DNA of 64,000 bases from assembly GCA_951406725.2 (NCBI GenBank), contig OX597815.1, positions 177,816,001 through 177,880,000 on the forward strand, written 5' to 3'. A program made the position numbers and the translations under genes. Every line of letters starts with the position of its first letter. The stretch's first letter is position 1. Shown piece after piece: positions 1 through 13,791 of the stretch. Origin of the DNA: Octopus vulgaris (Eukaryota). The notes beneath the pieces are model-generated. The model ran no database searches and had not been told where the DNA came from. It saw only the letters and a list, made by a program, of their open reading frames with translations.

Positions 1-1391
1 ATTGTATTATATTCCGGCGAAACACATTCTAAGTGCTCGAAAACATTTTCTTTCTTTAACATATATTTGATAGATGCATTATGTGTGCGGAACGTGGTGT
101 TTAATTTGGAACACATTTAGAGGCAAATTAATGATCCTATGAAGGGATATATTGAGGTGAACATGTGAATTTACTTGAATAATGAATGCTAATGCGGATC
201 AACATTTAAGTACTTCTACACTCTTTGATTTAAAGGAAAATTTATCAAATAATGTGCACTATCAATAGCATTTGCTCTTTATCTTTTTGTATATTTTGCT
301 TGATTTTTGTCTCTATATTTACCGATAAAAAAGGTATCATAATTCTGGTTTCTTATGATACCGGTCTAATTAACTTATCAGGTATAGCCGTGTCCCATTA
401 ACCTTGCAGAACATTTACCTTTCACACGAGCGAAATTCTATTCAGTTAATAGGTACAGGCAATACTTCAGACACTCATTGATCTCATAAACTTCATAATG
501 CTGCTATATTGACCAAATCCTATTATATATGGACGTGTGTGTGTGCGTGTGTGTGTGTGCATGATGTTTATACTTTATGTGGGTGAGTATGTGTGGGTGT
601 GCCCCTACAAACTCATTTCGTTTCATTCGGATTATTCTTTAGAATGCATCAAAGTAGCACCAAATATTATTGCTTCAAATGTTAGAAGTCCAAGTAAATT
701 ACAAGAGATGAATCAATTCCTCCGCCTGCAGCGTATATAGTGCAAGTTATGACCTTTCGTCAATTCTAACATATCCTGATTACATTTCAAACGTCAATGT
801 GTATAATGATTATATCTTTCATTTTTTTCTGCAAATAAATAAATAAATAATCCTCAAAATATGTAAGCTAACTTCCTGGAATACGTTTGATTCCCAGGAC
901 ATCAATAATTCTTAGTGTGATTATTTTGCAGTGTAATCAGGATTGTCTGTTGAAAACAACGGCATTTTTTTTTTGGTATGTATAAGTTTGAACGACGTTA
1001 AACAGCTCATAAAATAGTCTTACGTTGAATAAATATTCCGGAGTCCAATTTTAGCGGGAGCATATACATGTCATTTGACGACGAACTAATTCTACACGGT
1101 GTTTTTTTTTCTAAATATTAAAAATACGGCACTCTTTAACATGACATTTCTCACAGCTTCATAACTACGTAGAAGTCCGTTATTGTATAGAATTAATGTG
1201 AGGATAATATAATACCAGGCTTTTATAGTAAAGCACAACATTTGTTTCTGCATTGGGCACCAGCTGAGTCCACCATTCTATATCATTATATAAGATTATT
1301 CTTTAGAATAATTATATAATTAAATGTCTGTCATAAATTGCCCTATATGGATGCTTTCTCGTGTGGAGTGCAATCAAGTTGTCACTGTATT

Positions 1392-1512
1392 TATTAGCTC
1401 CGCCTTCGCTAGGGCAGAGGTATTGTTTCCAGTCATGTTTGCTTGTTTGTTTGTCCGTGGACAAGATATCTCAAGAACCGCTGGATGGATTCGGATGAAA
1501 CTTTCAGGGATG
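1392..1512. mobile_element. Short Helentron/HINE-like non-autonomous element end
   Basis: Short hairpin ctccgcc..ggcagagg, then (gttt)n and 'accgctggatggattcggatgaaactttcaggga', the layout typical of HINE/DINE-1-like termini. Confidence 0.4.
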
Positions 1513-1587
1513 ATTGGAGAAGAAGGAGGAGAAGAAGAAGAAGAAGAAGAAGAAGAGGGGGGAGAAGGAGAAGGAGAATGCGGGAGT

Positions 1588-1925
1588 GCCATGATAGTAA
1601 TAGAATGTTAAATGGTCAAGTGCCCTGAAAGTGACTTGTTGTGGATGGTAGTAGTGATTAAATTCTTGAGACATCTCTTTTGAATGTATTGTATATAAAA
1701 TTTGCGTAGTGGTAAAGTTAGGAAGGAGGTGTCGGAGAGGGAGAAGACGAAGAAGAAGAATGTGAAAGATAAGGGTGAATAAGAAAGGAATATAAATGGT
1801 GTGATAGTAGTCGGATGTTAAATGGTCAAGTGACCTAAAAGTGACTCGTTATGGATTATAGCAGTGATTGGGACTGTTTTTTAATGAATTCTTGGAAATC
1901 GCTTGAGTGTATCGTTTTTAATATT
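1588..1925. repeat. Degenerate ~210-bp tandem duplication downstream of the Penelope ORF
   Basis: 'tgatagta..atgttaaatggtcaagtg..aaagtgact.gtt.tggat..tag.agtgatt' occurs at ~1592 and ~1802. Confidence 0.7.
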
Positions 1926-1946
1926 TGTGTGTGTGTTTGTTTTATT

Positions 1947-3143
1947 CTAAGGCCGTGATGGATATGTCGTTTGTTGTAGACGCGTTCAAAAGGGATCTGT
2001 ATTTTGTAATAAAGAGAGTCTTTTTACTAATTCTAATTTGTTGGCTCCAGGTTGCATCGTGCCTGAATTGGTAGAGGAGAAAACTTCTGAAGCTTAGATT
2101 TTTGTTATTGGCGCAAATGTCTATGTGTTGGCTGAATGCTATTTTTTCTGTTTTTGGGAATTTTGATCTGGAATCTGTGCAGAGCCATTCTTTACGTAGA
2201 CTGTTTTTTGTTTGGCCTATGTATTGCTCTTGAGCAGGTTAGTGCGTATATCAGGTTCTCCGAAGCGCATATGAAGCTGCTTTTCACTGTGAAACGTTGT
2301 CCCTATTTGAAGGAGAACCCTGATCCCTCAATTAAATTGACGCATATCCCACAGTTGGGTCTTCCACATTTTCTTACTGACGGCGTCTGTGTTGTTGAGC
2401 ATATTCGGGCTTGTGTTAGGTGACTTTTCATAGATTTGAACTGTCTCTTGCTTTTTATGATGGTGTGTGTTTGGAGGATTAAATTCATTCCATGGTCCCT
2501 TTTTAGTAGGGGAATATTTTGGAGGATGGTGTAGAAGGCTTCATTGTTAAGAGGGTTGTGTTTGGAAATGTATGGTAGGGCTCTTGGTTATAAATCCTTT
2601 ATTTTGGGATGTCTGACTTCCTGGATGTTGAGTTGAAGGGTACGTTGAAAGCATATGTCCATTAGTGAAGATGGGTAGTTCCTGGTGATGAGTGTATCCT
2701 TTAGTTAATGTAGTTGTGTGTCCCTGGTGCTTGTATTAGTAACTATAATACAAATCCTTTTTCCTAGGTCGAAGGGGATATTCATTCTCGTGTGTCTGGG
2801 GTGGCGTGATTTGAACGGTAGATATTGTTTGGAGTCCGTGGGTTTATAGTATATATCTGTTTCTATTACGTTATTATATTTCTTAATGAGGATGTCGAGG
2901 AAGGGAAATTGTTGCTGGCTATATTCCATCGTGAATTGAATGTTTACGTCAAGTTCATTTATAAGTGCTTTGATTTTTTTAAGTCTCTCTATACATTCAT
3001 ACCAAAGGATGAAACACTCATTCAGGTATCTCTTCCAGTTATTTTCTATGTAGAGGAATAATAGAACATTACGATAAAGACAAATGTCTAGATATCCCAT
3101 GACTATGTTAACAAAGGAGGAGGCCATTCTCGTACCACGGACC
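1947..3143 (-). pseudogene. Penelope-like retroelement, 5'-truncated and degenerate: RT C-terminus, linker and GIY-YIG endonuclease
   Basis: ORF 2705-3199 has GTRMAS..N..MG, WKRYLNE (RYxDD), IQFTME, FPFLDI, DIYYKPTDSKQYL..S.HP. ORF 2303-2488 has the CGRPNCGIC linker, followed by NLIYALTC. The C-terminus is ..FITKY...LN. Stops and frameshifts are present. Confidence 0.9.
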
Positions 3144-3436
3144 ACACACAAAAACACAAACACATGTATATACACACATAGAGACGTACACAGACACACA
3201 CACTCACACTATTCTGATCTCTAAGACCAGTACCAAAAACCACTGAACCATGAAAGACTAATCATGAAAGAGAAACAAAAAATCCTTTCAATTCCACTTT
3301 GCTCTTCCTTCCCCCCACGCCAACTAACCTCCCACACTGTCCCTTAAAATAGCAACTTGTAGCTTCACACAAAATATAAAATGCTAAAACAGGTCAGTTC
3401 ATCTCAAATTATTTGTAAACTCCTAAATACATCTCC

Positions 3437-3486
<50 letters not shown>

Positions 3487-3895
3487 TACCAAATATGACT
3501 TTTGGGAACTCCTAATACTTTTCTGTGTAGTATATAGATACTACCAAAGAAACATAATTTTTAAGTAACGCCTAATGTATATATGTATTTTAATATTTTG
3601 TGACAACCAGTACTTAACACAACAAAGTTTATAAAAAACGTTGAATTTTACTTTTGAATGCTCCATGTCACGTTGAAATATGTATTTTATTCAATGTAAG
3701 GTTTTTTCCTCGGATTTTATAATATTTATAAGTTTTTTTATATATATATACATATATTTTTGACCTTTTTGTTTATCGCTCGAAGATTGACCGTTTCTTC
3801 TAAAGGGCCAATCAAACAAGTCCATTTCTTTTTAAAGGTGTAGCGTTTGTAAGAGTCTAGATTGAATTGATATATCGGTTCCATTCTAGCAAAAA

Positions 3896-3933
3896 CTGTC
3901 TGATGAACGGCAACGAGAAACTCAGAGTAACAG
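3896..3933 (+). ncRNA. Minimal type I hammerhead ribozyme motif
   Basis: ctgt-CTGATGA-acg(gcaa)cga-GAAA-ctcagag-TA-acag. GUA cleavage triplet, aataaa just downstream, element flanked by (TA)n. Confidence 0.8.
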
Positions 3934-3967
3934 ATTTTGTTGAATTTTCTGCTGCTTAAAATAAAGT

Positions 3968-4138
<171 letters not shown>

Positions 4139-4884
4139 GCATTGCTCTGCACGAAATACCCATTTTGTTGAGCTTTTCGTTGTTTAATACAGAGGTTGTA
4201 AGATTTCACGAATTGAAAGCCTTTGCTAGATTATAATACCAAAGACAATCTTTAATTGATTCTGAAAGGATTATACAGGATGAACCTAGATAATTAATTT
4301 CGTTATGAGAATTAGATTACAAATTAAGAAGCGTTTCTGCTAAGTTATAAACGGAATAAGATATAGTAAAGCAATTCACACATCAATTAAGAATCAGAAT
4401 CTTTAATAAGAGATTGATTTTACTGTATTTTGAGTATAATCGAGGAGAATGGAATCGTGCCAACTAAAGACAGATTTGAGAAAATCCGGATGAAGAACTA
4501 GAGAGAGTGCAATCAAATGTTCTCAAATTCTAAGACGTATATTCAGTATTCAAGAAGGATGCTTGTGATAAAGTTTAATACGGATCCAAGACCTGCATGC
4601 AAAGCTAATACATATGGAACATAAAACATCGTAAGTGATGAAAAAGTAATGGAAAGATAAATAGAAAATAAAATTATTTATTTTCTCATAAGTGGAAAAC
4701 ACGAACCTTTAGTTTTTTTTTTCTTATCCATTAGAAAGTGAGCTCAAAATGCTTAAAAGATAACGTGTCTTTTGGCAAATAATTTTAGTGAGTTAAAAAA
4801 ATGTAGTTCTGAGAAGAGTAAATATTCGAGTGAACTTTATGATTATCTGCAATACATGACTTACATCTCTTTTATCCTTAATCT

Positions 4885-5810
<926 letters not shown>

Positions 5811-6094
5811 GCACCATACGACCCATTGTGGTTGGCAAAACCATACATTATCTGAATCAAACCAAAGCAGCAATTTCAACAAAGATATTTTGTGATTGGA
5901 GACAATTTCCAGGACAAACCTGAAACGGAAATAAAATACGAGAAAACTGAATTAAAACTGGAGGATTTGCTGGGACATATCCATGCAAACTATTTCACAG
6001 AGTAAACCTTTTAATCCTGGGAACTTTAAATAACTCATAGAGTTTGGTATTTTGAGATTTTACATTAACAGTAATGTTATTTTATAATAACGGT

Positions 6095-6280
6095 TTCAAA
6101 TGTTGGTCCCTGATCGGAAGTTTTTTTTTGTGGGAGGGGGGCAGTCCTTTACATCAATCTCAGTGTTCAACTGGTACTTATTTTAACAACCCCAAAACGT
6201 GGTGGAATTTGAACTCAGACCACTAAGACCGACCAAATCCGCTAATCATTTCGTCTGCTATGTTAACGGTTCCACCGACT
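6095..6280 (-). mobile_element. SINE family B, degenerate copy
   Basis: 'aactggtacttatttta', 'ggaatttgaactcaga' are the reverse complement of the 7833 copy. Confidence 0.6.
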
Positions 6281-7149
6281 GCATAATGGTAGTTTATAGT
6301 ATTTCAGATACAATAAAATTTATTCTGACAAAAAAAGCATCTAATGTAAGGAATAAAGAATAGATACATTTTATTATTATGTACAGTATTATATTTAATT
6401 ATCCTCCGACGACTAATCATTTCTTGACCCGCAACTGCATGCTGACCGAACTTGTCAACATTCCCGATATTATTATCGAGGAAAACTTTTGATAAATCAA
6501 GTAGTACGTTGGTTACTTTGCTCTACGACTATCTATGGAGAATTTACTTGAAATGCTGTGCAGCTGCTCATAAAGGTTACGTGAGCGCAGTCAATGAAAT
6601 AGTCTGTAATTCCCAGTTAAACCGGAAATAGCGACGTAATCGTTTCGCTGCAGCACGCTTATAGATAACGACCATTTTGTCGAAGTTTCCTTAACGATGC
6701 ATGAAATATTTAGACATATTTTGCTTTCTCTTCTGATTTAGATTTAGCGTCCGTGTATGGTTCAGCTTTCTTTCAGAGCAGCAGATACAATTATTCCGAT
6801 GTTATAATTTATTGATTTAATAGCAATTTCATTCCATAAATTTGAGCAATGATTATCGGAAATGATTCCAACATGACATATCGAGTTTCCCTTGCTGATG
6901 CATTACGCGTGTTTTCAAAGTTCATTTCATTTATATTTCAAATAACTAGGATAAATCACGACTGTGATTGTTTGTATTTCTGTTGAACGAGTTAAAGGGA
7001 ACTGCGTGTGTGTGTGTGGGGGGGTGTCAGATTCCAAAATATGTTGACTATTCGAAAAGGATGTCATATATAACTTATATTGTCATATATTTGAACAGTA
7101 AAATAAGGGGGAGTGAAACACGATGATCAGTAAATATATCAGGATTTGA

Positions 7150-7305
7150 TTTGCGGCATTTCGGCCGTCTTTAAGATCTGAGTTCAAATTCCGTCGTGGA
7201 CGACTTCGTCTTTCATCCTTTCGGTGTCGATAATATAAGCACCAGTTGCGTACTGGGGTCGATGTAATCGACTTGCTCCCTCCCCCAAAACTGCTGGCCT
7301 TGTAA
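7150..7305 (+). mobile_element. SINE family B, partial
   Basis: 'gagttcaaattcc..tttcatcctttcgg.gtcgata..accagtt..ctggggtcgatgtaatcgactt'. Confidence 0.75.
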
Positions 7306-7431
7306 GCTAATATCTCAAGTTTTGTAAAACCCCAAGTAAGGCGGTGCAGCAAATGTATCAAGTGGTTTAAATAGAGGTAACAGCTTGACAATAACGAGTG
7401 AATTATTAATATATATATATATATTAATATA

Positions 7432-7804
7432 CTAGCAGTATCGCCCGGCGTTGCTCTGGTTTGTAAGGGAAATAACTATAAAGCATTTTTAGAGAGTTAT
7501 AGCCAAAAAATGGAAAAAAATGATGGTAACTTTTTTTTGAGAGTAAAAAAAGGTGGAGTTGCGTCCCCTAGACAGTTTGCGGTTTGTGTTTCTGATTCTC
7601 GACCCCATGTCGAATTTATCGATTTTTTTCAGAACTGGGGGAACTTATCAAAATTTTCGCTGCGTTAGTTTTGAATTATGACATTGGGCTATGTGTGTGT
7701 CAAGTTTCATCAGAATCGGTTGAAAGCCGTGGTCAGGATGAGGGTACAAGCAAACAGACACACAGAAACACGCACAGACAAACTGCCGTTTATATAGAGA
7801 GAGA
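7432..7804 (-). mobile_element. Non-autonomous Helitron-like element
   Basis: On the minus strand it has a 5' TC start and a 3' GC-rich hairpin followed by CTAG. It sits between A and T with no TSD. Confidence 0.7.
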
Positions 7805-7832
7805 TATCGAAAGCGATATATATTTGCTAGAG

Positions 7833-8105
7833 AAGGCGGCAAGCCGGCAGAAACGTTAGCGCGCCGGGCGAAATGCTTAGCGGCATTTCGTCTGCCGTTA
7901 CGTTCTGAGTTCAAATTCCGCCGAGGTCGACTTTGCCTTTCATCCTTTCGGGGTCGATTAAATAAGTACCAGTTACGCGCTGGGGTCGATAAAATTGACT
8001 TAATCCGTTTGTCTGTCCTTGCTTGTCCCTTCAGTGATTAGCCCCTTGTGCGTAGTAAAAAATAGATATTTCGTCTGTCGTTATGTTCTGAGTTCAAATT
8101 CCGAC
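7833..8105 (+). mobile_element. tRNA-derived SINE family B (Nin-domain-like centre), near full length
   Basis: A-box-like 'ggcagaaacgttagc', B box 'gagttcaaattcc', central 'gcctttcatcctttcggggtcgat..taagtaccag'. Confidence 0.8.
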
Positions 8106-8181
8106 GAACGGTAACCTCATTCTTTGAGTTCCAGTTTTTGTTGATTTTTTTCCGCAGCTTTAATTAAAATTTTAAAAAGAA

Positions 8182-8243
<62 letters not shown>

Positions 8244-8354
8244 CCTGAGAGTAAATAACAGTAGCATTCGACTGCCACGTACTGTTGGCAAATAATCGTT
8301 ACTCTAGATTGCTGTTACTGAATGATTTACAAGTAGAACTTTTCTATTATATTC

Positions 8355-8389
<35 letters not shown>

Positions 8390-8794
8390 GCAGAAAATTG
8401 AGAAATCTTGATCTTATCCCTTAGATGCACACTCTAGAAACTTTGTATATATTTTTATCTAGAATATACTTATAATTAAGGACACCAAAGCCACTGTGCC
8501 TATATGCTAGAAGAAGACCACTACAATAGTCACTTCAATATTCCCATGTTGAAAGCGGAAAATGCGGACAAACCAAAATGTTCATAAAATAATTATCCGA
8601 ATTATTTTATGAATTTTGTCGTCTTTTTCTAGCAATGTCTTCTGCAGCCTTAGTTCCCTGCTATATAATTATATATCTATCTAGATTGCTTTGTATGACG
8701 GTCACTGATGAAATTAATTAATATTTAATGATTTTATCCTTTGATTATGTTTATATATGTGTGTATGAGTGTGTGTGTGTGTGTGCGTGTGTTT

Positions 8795-9315
8795 TATTGT
8801 TTCAGTAATTAGACTGCGGACATTTTGGTGAACCGTCTTGGGGAACTTTTAGTTGAATGACGAAATATTCGACCTAAGGACTTATTTTTAAAGCCTGGTG
8901 ATCGTTACATGGATATAAACACACCAACACCAGTTGTAAAAATGTGGAGCAGCCAAGCACAGATACAAAGAGACACAAGCACCGATATATATATATATAT
9001 CATATATATATAAATACACATATGTGTGTATCTACCTATATGTTTGTACGTATTTATTTATAGACAGATAGACAGATATATAGGCAGGCAGACAGAGATA
9101 CAAACAGAGAGACAGACAGATAGATAAATATATAGATAAATAAATAGATAGATTGTTATGGTGGGCTTCGTTCAGCTTTCGTTGTCCCAAATCCACTCAC
9201 AAGGCTTTGGTTGGTCCGAGGCTATAGTAGAAGTCGTAAGTCGAAGTTGTCACGCAACAGGAATGAACCCAGAGCCATGCGGTTGGGAAGGAAGCTTCTA
9301 AGCACACAGCCAGAC
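8795..9315 (-). mobile_element. SINE family A, near full length with internal microsatellites
   Basis: Shared consensus blocks with the other family A copies. Confidence 0.8.
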
Positions 9316-10223
9316 CTAAACAAGCTAAGCTTTGTATGTTAAATATGTATGTTAAGTCTGATGTTTATTGAATTTGTTTTTGATGGCTTCCAAGTAACAG
9401 TTATATACTTTAAGTCCAGGTAAACAACGAAGTAGCGTATCAATATCCGTCAAAATTATTCGCACAGCAAGAGAACCAAAAAATATGATATGAAAACATT
9501 TTGTAAGCGTTCGAATAGTTTTTGAACGCTACAATTAACGTAGCTAAACTCGGTAAAATCCAAACTATATAAATTAGCAAAAAGAAACTCAACAGTTGAT
9601 ATAAGATACGATATCTGCTTCGTGGAAAGTATTATGCAGAAACTTATGATAAAAATGCGATGTTTTCGTCGAAGAACTGTTTTCAAGGAATATATTTAAA
9701 TGAGTTACCGGTCGGTCAAGCATGAGATTTATAACATAAGGTTTAGCCATCTAGAAAGATAATGCAATAAATATGGCAAACTTTGATGAATTCAAGTCTT
9801 CAGTTTCTCAGTTTTACTTAGCTGTAGGCTTATCCGAGGCGAACGTTTGATTCGGTAAACAGATCAAAATGTCGTTGAATATTATATAAGTTTTTTTTTT
9901 ATTTTGGTTTGGTTTGGTATTTTCTTTTTTACCATAAAACAAGTAAAACTGATTATTTGCTGCCGTTCAAATGTTATTATTACTTACATTTCTCTTACTG
10001 AAATCATCTATGGTTTCTTACGTGACTACAAATTTAACTATTTATATCCCTCTTCACCCACAAATTATATATATATATATACATATATCGGTCTTATATA
10101 CATACGTATATATATATATACCGGAGTAAACGCATAAATGTGAAACAAGGTGGGAAAAGATTACTCAAATACCAGTGGTAGAGTAATATGCTTTATTTAA
10201 AGCTCCAGAAAATTCAACAAAAC

Positions 10224-10261
10224 CTGTTACTCTGATTTTCACGTTGCCGTTCGTCGGACAG
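10224..10261 (-). ncRNA. Type I hammerhead motif, same family as 3896, with core variant CCGACGA
   Basis: Reverse complement: ctgt-CCGACGA-acg(gcaa)cgt-GAAA-atcagag-TA-acag. Lies in a ~150-bp insert (10120-10272) between (TA)n tracts. Confidence 0.7.
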
Positions 10262-10270
10262 TTTTAGCTA

Positions 10271-10346
<76 letters not shown>

Positions 10347-10452
10347 ATGTATATATATGTATATATATACATATATATAGATATATATACATATATATAT
10401 ATATAGATAAATAGAAAGAGCTATCATATATATATATATATGTGTGTGTGCG

Positions 10453-10492
<40 letters not shown>

Positions 10493-11316
10493 TATACATG
10501 AACTCACAGACGCGTACATACATATACGTATATATATATAACTCCGTTCTATTGCTGACATTGTTGGCGTAGGTACGTTTGCGTAGGGCATATTTCATGT
10601 CAGTTGCTTTAACAATAAAAATGGAAGACGCCATGCAAAATACATTTACGAATATTTGAGCTTTCATTTGTACGTAAAATACATTATACGGAAAAGCATT
10701 AATATTTTTTGAGATTCATGTCATAGTAATTAGGTTTTCTGAAAATTATTAGTGTAAATCTAAGTTCTATACACTGCATGCAGGTACATTCAGCCTGACA
10801 AAGAAGATACTCTATATCATTCTAATTATTGGAAATTAGTCGTAGTAGAAAACATTAGCAAATTTGAAAGTATTTATGTATAGCAAATGTAACTGAATGG
10901 CTTGTAATTTAAGTGAATTTTCTAGAAGCATATTACAGTACTTAATACCTGACACCTATGTCATGCTGCAGAATACTTAAGCAACGTAATATGTGTCAGT
11001 TTACATTTATTTAATGCGTAATTATCCTTGCATAACGCTTACGATTGTATTTCTTGTCGACTGCAATTTTGTTATCCAACACAGTTGTCTACGAAAAAAT
11101 ACTTAGTGTTACATGAAATCTAGTATGAATGACGTCCGGGTTTGGTCTACATCCGGGCAGTAAATATGTAACGAATGCAAATTGTGAAAAGAATTTGGAC
11201 CAGAATCAAAAACAACTGCAAGCGGAAAACAAGATCGCTGTATTGCAGTGGAAAGAAAATGCAAACGTCATTATGTGCTGGGCTGTTATTCCTTGATTTG
11301 GCGGATAGATAGATAT

Positions 11317-11350
<34 letters not shown>

Positions 11351-11413
11351 GAACAGATAGATAAACAAATAGACAGACAGAAAGACATCTAGATAGGTTG
11401 GTAGGTACGTAGG

Positions 11414-11473
<60 letters not shown>

Positions 11474-11699
11474 GGGGTTGTGTGTATGTGTGTGTATGTA
11501 TGTATATTATTCAAGTGTTTACAAATAACACGGAAAAAATAAATTAACAGCTACCAGGGTAGCAAAAATTCACACAAATATCAAGGATATAACAGCTTAT
11601 TTATAAAGGTGGAAACTCTAGGTTTAGGTGAAATGTTTTGTATAATTTAGATAAATAAATAAATGGGGCTAAACGCAGCTGTTATTCAAATTCTTTTAC

Positions 11700-11785
11700 T
11701 TCCGACATATGTTTCAAAGACAACATTGGTATTATTCCAGAAGGATTAAAATGGCGTAAAACAATGCAATCTTCTCATCAGGGAA
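11700..11785 (-). ncRNA. Type I hammerhead motif with long helix II
   Basis: Reverse complement: ttcc-CTGATGA-gaagattgcattg...caatgttgtcttt-GAAA-catatg-TC-ggaa (GUC triplet). Confidence 0.8.
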
Positions 11786-12295
11786 AGAAAGAAACCAAAC
11801 ACATCAATAAGACATTTTATCAGAATGTGAACGTGATGAAGGGTACGCCATCATGCATTATATTTTTTTTAACTATTACTAGATATAACGTCAAAGTTGG
11901 TTTATAGAAAGAGAATTAGAAGAAGGAAAGAAATTAGCAGAAAACTAATAGCGGAGAGTTATAGAGCGATGGGTGAATTAGAATATACCTTTAGTTCCTA
12001 TAAGTGATTTCTACCATTCCATAAAATTGGACCTTTGACTGTCCTCTTACATTGCACTTCCACTAAATATATCTACTTCCATGTCTTTAAGCTTTATTCC
12101 TATTCACCCATCGCTCTCTATCTCTCCATTATTTGTTTTCTGCTAATTTCTTTCTTTCTTCTCCTTCTCTTTCTATAAACTACTTTTGACGTTGTATCTA
12201 CTAACGGTTTAAAAAAATTGATAGCGTTAACTTCATTATATACGCAGTCATGATGTTTTGTTAACATGTTTTATTGATGTGTTTGGTTTCTTTCT

Positions 12296-12381
12296 TTCCC
12301 TGATGAGAAGATTACATTGTTTTACACCCTTTTATTCTTTCTGGAATAATATCAATGTTGTCTTTGAAACAAACGTCGGAA
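12296..12381 (+). ncRNA. Type I hammerhead motif, mirror copy with altered helix III
   Basis: ttcc-CTGATGA-gaagat...gtcttt-GAAA-caaacg-TC-ggaa. Confidence 0.65.
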
Positions 12382-12782
12382 GTAAAAGAATTTGAATAAC
12401 ATATGCATTTAACTCCATATATATATATATATAATTTCAACAATTGAGGGTAAAATTAATTAATTAATTATTAATCAATTTCACCAAGTGTTCAGTATGT
12501 AAAGGGACCATTTAAGGCGAATTCAAATTACTACATTATATAAAAGGGCTTAGTAAAATAAATTACTTTGCCACATACTGAACTCATTAGAAATAGCAGC
12601 TAAAAGAGCATAGTGTTTACTGATTTTAACCCACGCTGGTGGAAAGGGGAGAGCAGAAATTCTTCGCTTGCATATTTTAGGTGTGCTGGCACTGTTAGTT
12701 TCGAGCAGATCTTCAGAAGCGATAAGAAGCCGAAAGGGTATGCTCCCACTTTCAGTGTTTTCAAATCCAAACCAAGGAGTTC

Positions 12783-12835
12783 TGAGCTGATGATAGAAAT
12801 GTCGAGTTTGACTAATCTTGAAACGTACGTTCTCA
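12783..12835 (+). ncRNA. Type I hammerhead motif (copy 1)
   Basis: tgag-CTGATGA-tagaaatgtcgagtttgactaatctt-GAAA-cgtacg-TT-ctca, with palindromic helix III ACGTACGT. Confidence 0.7.
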
Positions 12836-13345
12836 AATAACCTTTGCATTTGATTTTTTAATGTCTTTACCCCCATACTTTCGTGAGTTGAATTGAGCAA
12901 GCACTATATGAGAGAGATTTTCTTTAAGTATTAGAAATAGTTTTTAAAAAGTTTTTTTAGCTGCTATTTCTAATGAGTTCAGTATGTGGCAAAGTAATTT
13001 ATTTTACTAAGCCCTTTTATATAATGTAATAATTTGAATTCGCCTTAAATGGTCCCTTTACATACTGAACACTTGGTGAAATTGATTAATAATTAATTAA
13101 TTAATTTTACCCTCAATTGTTGAAATTATAATTCATCTCTCTCTATTTAATGTTTCGGATTTACCGAAAGAGCATAGTGTTTACTGATTTTAACCCACGC
13201 TGGTGGAAAGGGAGAGCAGAAATTCTTCGCTTGCATATTTTGGGTGTGCTGGCACTGTTAGTTTCGAGCAGATCTTCAGAAGCGATAAGAAGCCGAAAGG
13301 GTATGCTCCCACTTTCAGTGTTTTCAAATCCAAACCAAGGAGTTC

Positions 13346-13398
13346 TGAGCTGATGATAGAAATGTCGAGTTTGACTAATCTTGAAACGTACGTTCTCA
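13346..13398 (+). ncRNA. Type I hammerhead motif (copy 2)
   Basis: Identical to 12783-12835. Confidence 0.7.
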
Positions 13399-13580
13399 AA
13401 TAACCTTTGCATTTGATTTTTTAATGTCTTTACCCCCATACTTTCGTGAGTTGAATTGAGCAAGCACTATATGAGAGAGATTTTCTTTAAGTATTAGAAA
13501 TAGTTTTAAAAAAGTTTTTTTAGCTGCTATTTCTAATGAGTTCAGTATGTGGCAAAGTAATTTATTTTACTAAGCCCTTT

Positions 13581-13700
<120 letters not shown>

Positions 13701-13738
13701 GTGTGTGTGTTTGTGTGTAGAGGGAGAGAGTGATGTAT

Positions 13739-13791
<53 letters not shown>

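Larger units (their letters stand above)
11665..12417. mobile_element. Degenerate inverted-repeat (fold-back) element, arms ~11665-11990 and ~12088-12417
   Basis: The arms are reverse complements, e.g. agagcgatgggtgaat / attcacccatcgctct. Confidence 0.85.

Noticed and set aside
1324-1628. Poly-E, poly-S and poly-R ORFs
   Set aside because: (GAA)n-type repeat next to a transposon end.
8490-8720. Small inverted repeats and an isolated CTGATGA at ~8705
   Set aside because: Possibly a decayed PLE-type element, but there is no downstream GAAA/NUH to complete a ribozyme.
12685-12722. Minus-strand CTGAAGA-tctgctc-GAAAC motif
   Set aside because: No helix II, no valid NUH and no convincing helix I.
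12550-13463. Duplicated 116-aa and 100-aa minus-strand ORFs (MLNSTHESMG...)
   Set aside because: They lie antisense to the HHR in a recently duplicated repeat, have no recognisable domain, and differ by a frameshift.
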